From NCBI GenBank assembly GCA_963700635.1, contig CAVOYH010000006.1, forward strand, positions 64,001 to 128,000: 64,000 nucleotides of DNA, written 5' to 3'. Below the pieces are notes generated by a model. The model was not told where the DNA came from. It ran no database searches and saw nothing but the letters and a program-made list of their open reading frames with translations. The stretch is from an uncultured Bacteroidota bacterium. GTDB lineage: Bacteria > Bacteroidota > Ignavibacteria > UBA10030 > UBA6906. The number at the start of each line of letters is the position of its first letter. The first letter of the stretch is position 1. A program made the translations under genes and the position numbers. Positions 58,956 to 64,000 of the stretch are shown here, piece after piece.

Positions 58956-59900
58956 TCAGTCGTGCTGACTCTCCAGCCACCGCTCTGCGTCCAGCGCTGC
59001 CTGGCAGCCCGTGCCGGCCGCGGTGATCGCCTGCCGATAAATGCTGTCAGAAACATCCCCCGCGGCAAACACTCCCGGAATATTCGTATACGTTGATTTG
59101 TCCGCGGTGATCAGATATCCCACCGGATCCATCTTCAGCTGCTCCTTAAAGAGGGATGTGTTTGGCTGATGCCCGATACCCATAAACACGCCGTCGGTCT
59201 TAAGAACTGACACCGCACCCGTCTTCACGTTTTTCAGGCGGACGCCCGTCACGGTCTTTCGTCCGTTCTCCGTCTTTCCCACAATCTCTTCCACCACCGA
59301 GTTCCACACAAATGTGATCTTTGGGTTCTTTGACGCTTTCTCCTGCATGATTTTTGACGCACGCAGGGCGTCGCGGCGGTGGATGATTCTCACTATCGAG
59401 GCAAACTTGGTAAGAAACGTCGCTTCCTCGATCGCCGTGTCCCCCCCGCCGACGACCACCACTTCCAATCCTTTGTAAAAAAAGCCGTCACATGTAGCGC
59501 ACGCGGAAACTCCATAGCCCATATACTCTTTTTCCGACGGAAGCCCGAGGAGTTTCGCTGATGCACCGGTCGCAACAATCACTGCATCCGCCGTGTAAGC
59601 TTCTTCATCGCTCCAGAGGTGAAACGGCCGCCGGGAGAGATCAACTTTGCTGATATGTTTGAACACGGTTGTTGCACCGAACCGCTGCGCCTGAGCACGG
59701 AAATGCTCCATCAACTCCGGACCCATGATACCCTGGGGGAATCCTGGATAATTCTCCACTTCGGTGGTGATGGTAAGCTGCCCGCCCGGCTGAATACCCT
59801 CGAACACAACGGGACTCAGGCCGGCCCGTGCGCTATACAGAGCGGCCGTCAATCCGGCCGGCCCCGATCCGATAATAACCAACGTGTGATGTTGGGACAT
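58956..59900 (-). CDS. trxB: Thioredoxin reductase
   Basis: IIGSGPAG, GGQLTITTEVENYPGF, SACATCDG, GGGDTA, FAAGDV..YRQA. Confidence 0.97.
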   Translation of the reverse strand: MSQHHTLVIIGSGPAGLTAALYSARAGLSPVVFEGIQPGGQLTITTEVENYPGFPQGIMGPELMEHFRAQAQRFGATTVFKHISKVDLSRRPFHLWSDEEAYTADAVIVATGASAKLLGLPSEKEYMGYGVSACATCDGFFYKGLEVVVVGGGDTAIEEATFLTKFASIVRIIHRRDALRASKIMQEKASKNPKITFVWNSVVEEIVGKTENGRKTVTGVRLKNVKTGAVSVLKTDGVFMGIGHQPNTSLFKEQLKMDPVGYLITADKSTYTNIPGVFAAGDVSDSIYRQAITAAGTGCQAALDAERWLESQHD

Positions 59901-59977
59901 ACGATTCTCCATCTGGTTTGATGTCTGTTCGATGCGGGGACAGCCCTCCGCGGGTCACCCTTTCGCGGCCAGGACGA

Positions 59978-60898
59978 TCACGAGCTGATGTTTCGACGTA
60001 ATCCTGCGGCACCCGTCCGCAGTATCGGACTCCCGCGAAAGCGGGCTTTGAACTCTGCGTCATCCAAACCCGCCAGCGCATGTGTGTCGGGTGCGAGCAA
60101 ACCTTCGCGCGGCGAAAATCCCGTCTCGGCGGTCGCTGTGCCGTGTTTTGTGTTCCAGGGACAGACGTCCTGACATATGTCACATCCGAAGATCCATCCT
60201 TCGAGCCGGTGCGCGAAGTCCCCGGGTAATGGCCCCCGGTGTTCGATGGTGAGATAGGAAATACAGCGTCGTGCATCCACGACGTACGGATCCACAATTG
60301 CTGCCGTGGGGCAGGCATCGATACACCGCGTGCAGCTCCCGCACCGGTCAAGTGCCGGGGCATCGGGCTCAAGATCCGCTGTTGTCAGGATCACGCCCAG
60401 GAACACCCAGGAGCCATGGGTCTGGGTGATCACGTTTGCATGTTTCCCGATCCACCCGATTCCCGCCCGTTGTGCCCAGGCTTTCTCCATGACGGGTCCC
60501 GTATCCACATACCATCGCGAGTTGGACCCTGGTACCTCGCCAGCCAGCCAGCCCGCCACATCGCCCAATCGTGGTTCCAGCACGTCATGATAATCATCAC
60601 CCCAGGCATACCGCGAGATGTACGACGAGCCGGGAGCGTGGGGGGCGGGCGTGTAGTAATTCATGGCAACGACGATCACCGAGCGCGCGCCGGGGAGGAC
60701 ACGCCCGGGGTCAGTACGTTCCTGCGCACGCCTGCCCATCCAGGTCATGGTCGCTGCATACCCGTTGCGGAGCCATGTCTCGAGATGGGCTCCTTCACGC
60801 TCAAGCTGTTCTGCGCGCGCGATCCCGACCCGTGTAAACCCGAGTGTGGAGCATCGCGCTTTCAGCTCCTGTGTAAGAGTATTCACGCTCGCCATCAT
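59978..60898 (-). CDS. queG: Epoxyqueuosine reductase
   Basis: SRYAWGDDYH, VDTGPVMEK, CGSCTRCIDACPT, CISYLTIE, FGCDICQDVCPWN. Confidence 0.93.
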   Translation of the reverse strand: MMASVNTLTQELKARCSTLGFTRVGIARAEQLEREGAHLETWLRNGYAATMTWMGRRAQERTDPGRVLPGARSVIVVAMNYYTPAPHAPGSSYISRYAWGDDYHDVLEPRLGDVAGWLAGEVPGSNSRWYVDTGPVMEKAWAQRAGIGWIGKHANVITQTHGSWVFLGVILTTADLEPDAPALDRCGSCTRCIDACPTAAIVDPYVVDARRCISYLTIEHRGPLPGDFAHRLEGWIFGCDICQDVCPWNTKHGTATAETGFSPREGLLAPDTHALAGLDDAEFKARFRGSPILRTGAAGLRRNISS

Positions 60899-60947
60899 CC
60901 CTCCCGGGCAGATGAATCCACACCAAGGCATTCCTTCATGGATCTGC

Positions 60948-61790
60948 TCAGACGGCGACCCGCTCGGCGAGGTGGTACCCTTTTGCCCCGAGCGTGATGT
61001 ATGCCGCCTCAATATCCGGATCGTGTTCAAAAAACAACACCCATCGTTCCTCGGCCGCACGTTTGAGAAGTGTCCTCTTTTCCTCGAGCGTGACCAGGGG
61101 ACGCAGATCATACCCCATAATCCAGGGGAGCTGCACATGGCTTCGTAGCGGAATGAGGTCGGCGCAATACAGAAGTGTTGTGGAACCGTCGGAAATCAGC
61201 GGGCATTGCAGAGCCGTTGTGTGACCAAACAGGGTAAGCAGGCGGATTCCCGAAAACACTTCTCCCTCTCCGTCGGTGAATTCCAGCTGACCGCGTTCCA
61301 GCAGGGGGAGAAACTGTTCGCTGACAAAACTTGCCCGGTCCCGTTCGGTCGGCCGGGCTGCCGCATCCCACTGTGCCTTCTGTACATGGTACCGCGCGGC
61401 CGGAAACGTCGGCTGGAACACCCCATCCACACGGCGGGTGGCGCCGCCGGCATGATCAAAATGAAGATGTGTGAGAAGTACATCCGTCACGTCCTCCGGC
61501 GCCACGCCGTGTTGCCGGAGAGAGGTCAGTAGATTTGATGCCGTACTTTCAAACTTGAAAATTTCCTTCCGCTTCGGATCGTCGGTCTCTCCATTTCCCG
61601 TGTCCACCAGGATGGTCCGGCCTTCCCCCCGGACCAGGAGAGCGCGGGCGGCCATGCGGATCCTGTTACGCCCGTCGGCGGGATGTTCCTTTTCCCACAA
61701 CGGCTTCGGGATAACACCGAACATGGCACCTCCATCGAGGGCGAAGGTTCCCGTTTCAATGCTCCTGACTTCATACGGTCCGATGTTCAT
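60948..61790 (-). CDS. MBL-fold metallo-hydrolase (YtnP-like)
   Basis: LDGGAMFG, THLHFDHAGG, GHT, FEHDP. Confidence 0.9.
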   Translation of the reverse strand: MNIGPYEVRSIETGTFALDGGAMFGVIPKPLWEKEHPADGRNRIRMAARALLVRGEGRTILVDTGNGETDDPKRKEIFKFESTASNLLTSLRQHGVAPEDVTDVLLTHLHFDHAGGATRRVDGVFQPTFPAARYHVQKAQWDAAARPTERDRASFVSEQFLPLLERGQLEFTDGEGEVFSGIRLLTLFGHTTALQCPLISDGSTTLLYCADLIPLRSHVQLPWIMGYDLRPLVTLEEKRTLLKRAAEERWVLFFEHDPDIEAAYITLGAKGYHLAERVAV

Positions 61791-61817
61791 ACCGGTCTCC
61801 CTGGTCTTTTCCCCTAC

Positions 61818-61874
61818 AAAAAAAACAAAGGTCGGTTCCACCTTCCGTATGCCGGACGGGTGAAAACCGACCTT
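61818..61874 (-). terminator. Probable terminator after the ferredoxin gene
   Basis: AAGGTCGGTT...AACCGACCTT long stem followed by TGTTTTTTTT on the minus strand. Confidence 0.6.
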
Positions 61875-61902
61875 ACCCTTTCAGCGGATACTCCGCGAAG
61901 GT

Positions 61903-62244
61903 CTAGCCCTTGCGGAAACGAGACGTTGCCGGGCCCAATTCTGCGAACTCCTTCGTCGGGTGAATCTGTTTCGCCCGTTCCAGCAGAACTTCTTCTGACT
62001 CCGGACGTTCAGGATCGGGGATGCAGCAATCCACCGGACATACTGCCGCACATTGCTCCTGGTCGAAATGACCAACACATTCCGTACACTTTTCGGGAAC
62101 AATGTAGTAAAAATCGTTTGACAGAGCTTCAAACATCTGACCGTTGAATTCATACTGCACGCCGCCGGCATAAATGGCCGTATTGGGGCATTCTGGCTCG
62201 CAAGCGCCACAGTTGATGCATTCTTCGGTAATCATCGTTGCCAT
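61903..62244 (-). CDS. 2[4Fe-4S] ferredoxin (YfhL type)
   Basis: CINCGACEPECP and CTECVGHFDQEQCAAVCPVDC. Confidence 0.92.
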   Translation of the reverse strand: MATMITEECINCGACEPECPNTAIYAGGVQYEFNGQMFEALSNDFYYIVPEKCTECVGHFDQEQCAAVCPVDCCIPDPERPESEEVLLERAKQIHPTKEFAELGPATSRFRKG

Positions 62245-62352
62245 GAGAATCTTCCTCCGTTTTTGATCTTATCTATCCATACACCATCTGGAGTAACCCT
62301 AACGTAACCAAAACAACCCGTAATTGCAATAACCGGAAGGGTCAGATCCCCC

Positions 62353-64000
62353 TCAGGTAATGGTAAAATAGCGGGCTTCCGGATGATGAACGATCAGCGC
62401 ATTTGTGCTTTGCTCGGGATCCAGAGAGAATTCATCCGTAAGCTGGACACCGATCCGGGTTCCATCCAGCAGAGCGAACAACTTTGTCTGATCTTCGAGA
62501 TTGGGGCATGCCGGGTAGCCGAAGCTGTATCGCGAACCCTGATATCCCTGCGAGAAAAGGCGCCGGATCTCCGGCGCATCCTTCCCGGCGATCCCGAGTT
62601 CCGCCCGGATCCGCTTATGCCACAGTTCTGCCAGTGCTTCGGCGGATTCAACGCTCAGACCGTGAAAATACAGATATTCGGTGTACGCGTTGGCCGCAAA
62701 GAGGCGGGCGGAATGTTCGGATGCCGTCTTTCCCATGGTCACGAGATGAAACGCCGCGACATCCATCCGACCCGATGAACGCGCCGCAAAATAGTCCGAA
62801 AGACAAAGATGCCGGTCGCCCCGCTGGCGGGGAAACGTGAACCGTAACCGCTCCGTCCGTTGATCATCCTCATAGATGATCAGATCGTTCCCCTCAGACT
62901 GACAGGGAAAGTACCCGTAAACAGCTCGGGGATCAAGGAGGCGTTCCGCTTTACATTGTTCCTTCAGCCGTTCCAGCTCCGGATACACCTTTTCCTGCAG
63001 GAGTGCGCGGTATGCCTCTTCGGACTGTCTTCCCTTCCTCACCTGCCATTGCCCGCGGATGAGCGCAATCTCATTGATATACGCAAACACTTCGTCCAGC
63101 GCGATACCGTCGTGTACACGAGTCCCCCAGAACGGCGGTACGGGAGGAGGCACATCAGTCCGGACGGCCGACCGTGCATGACCAGGCGCAGAAACGGAAG
63201 GGTCCGCGGACTCTTTGTACCGGGCATCTTCGCGTTGCGCCAGAGCGATTTTCGCCTCCGTACCGGTGAGGCCCTCTTCCTCATCGTCGGCCACTCCGGT
63301 CTCCTGGACAAGCTGTCCCGTGACAATCTGTTCCATATACCGTAACCCGTCGAATGCATCGTTGGCGTACAGCACGGAACCCCGGTAGTGAGACCGCAGA
63401 TCCTGCTCCACGTACCGCCGCGTCAGCGCGGCACCACCGAGAATAACCGGCAGTGTGATGTTCCGTTCATTCATAACCTGGAGATTTTCCTTCATGATCA
63501 GGGTTGACTTTACCAGCAATCCGCTCATCCCGATGGCGTTGGCATGATGCTCAGCCACGGCATTCAGCATCGTCTCGATCGGACACTTGATCCCGAGATT
63601 CACCACATGATAACCGTTGTTCGTCAGGATGATATCCACGAGGTTTTTGCCGATATCATGGACATCACCCTTGACGGTCGCCAGCACCATCGTGCCTTTT
63701 GCCCGCGTGGCCGATTTGTCCATAAACTGTTCGAGGTATGCCACCGCACTTTTCATCACTTCGGCCGACTGCAACACGAAGGGAAGCTGCATCTGGCCGC
63801 TTCCGAACAGCTCTCCGACAACCTTCATTCCTCCCAGGAGGATGGTGTTGACGATATCAAGCGCGGCATACGAGCGCAGGGCTGTATCCAGATCGGCCTG
63901 TAATCCCACCTTGTCACCATCGATAATCCGTTGCTTGAGGCGGTCCTCCACGGAACTGCTCGCGGCAATGGGTGTTTTTTTCTGTGCCGTGTGCGTGGTA
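62353..64000 (-). CDS. metH: B12-dependent methionine synthase, C-terminal part, truncated by window edge
   Basis: QLPFVLQSAEVMK, ATVKGDVHDIGKN, SGLL, activation domain RYSFGYPACP, PEQST. Confidence 0.95.
   Translation of the reverse strand, partial: TTHTAQKKTPIAASSSVEDRLKQRIIDGDKVGLQADLDTALRSYAALDIVNTILLGGMKVVGELFGSGQMQLPFVLQSAEVMKSAVAYLEQFMDKSATRAKGTMVLATVKGDVHDIGKNLVDIILTNNGYHVVNLGIKCPIETMLNAVAEHHANAIGMSGLLVKSTLIMKENLQVMNERNITLPVILGGAALTRRYVEQDLRSHYRGSVLYANDAFDGLRYMEQIVTGQLVQETGVADDEEEGLTGTEAKIALAQREDARYKESADPSVSAPGHARSAVRTDVPPPVPPFWGTRVHDGIALDEVFAYINEIALIRGQWQVRKGRQSEEAYRALLQEKVYPELERLKEQCKAERLLDPRAVYGYFPCQSEGNDLIIYEDDQRTERLRFTFPRQRGDRHLCLSDYFAARSSGRMDVAAFHLVTMGKTASEHSARLFAANAYTEYLYFHGLSVESAEALAELWHKRIRAELGIAGKDAPEIRRLFSQGYQGSRYSFGYPACPNLEDQTKLFALLDGTRIGVQLTDEFSLDPEQSTNALIVHHPEARYFTIT

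Overview
A 64-kb, moderately GC-rich stretch of bacterial chromosome, mostly housekeeping genes on the minus strand. Three proteins end in a type IX secretion (T9SS) C-terminal sorting domain (NYPNPFN...GVY.YR). The window also has sigma70-type TTGnnn-N17-TAnnnT promoters and Shine-Dalgarno use. Together these suggest an FCB-group organism, probably Ignavibacteria-like (inference). Contents: a putative D-arabinose/L-fucose locus (GHMP kinase, fucose-isomerase-family protein, ABC permease and binding protein, GH172), pdxB-gndA-ExuT, acyl-CoA dehydrogenase/SDR/glmS, a large orphan histidine kinase, tRNA-Val abutting the PyrR attenuator of pyrRBC, uvrC, secA-glnB-era, dacB, glgB, a glutaminyl-cyclase-like lipoprotein, prmA, a cysteine desulfurase, an ECF sigma/anti-sigma/Spy unit, EF-G2, a 31-aa bS22-like protein, HU, sppA, two Hsp20 genes, trxB, queG, a ferredoxin and the 3' part of metH. 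I saw no CRISPR array, prophage or IS. Most notable: (1) a T9SS-tagged multiheme cytochrome c (8 CxxCH plus 1 CxCH) with its own control region, a candidate secreted electron-transfer protein; (2) an unexplained ~125-nt G-U-rich RNA rod after the bS22-like gene; (3) the tRNA-Val/PyrR-site junction; (4) a sigma54 + IHF + enhancer layout upstream of the Hsp20 genes, plus a remnant third Hsp20; (5) three apparent single-base frameshifts (era, dacB, TPR gene), most likely sequencing errors. All calls come from motif recognition by eye; no searches were run.
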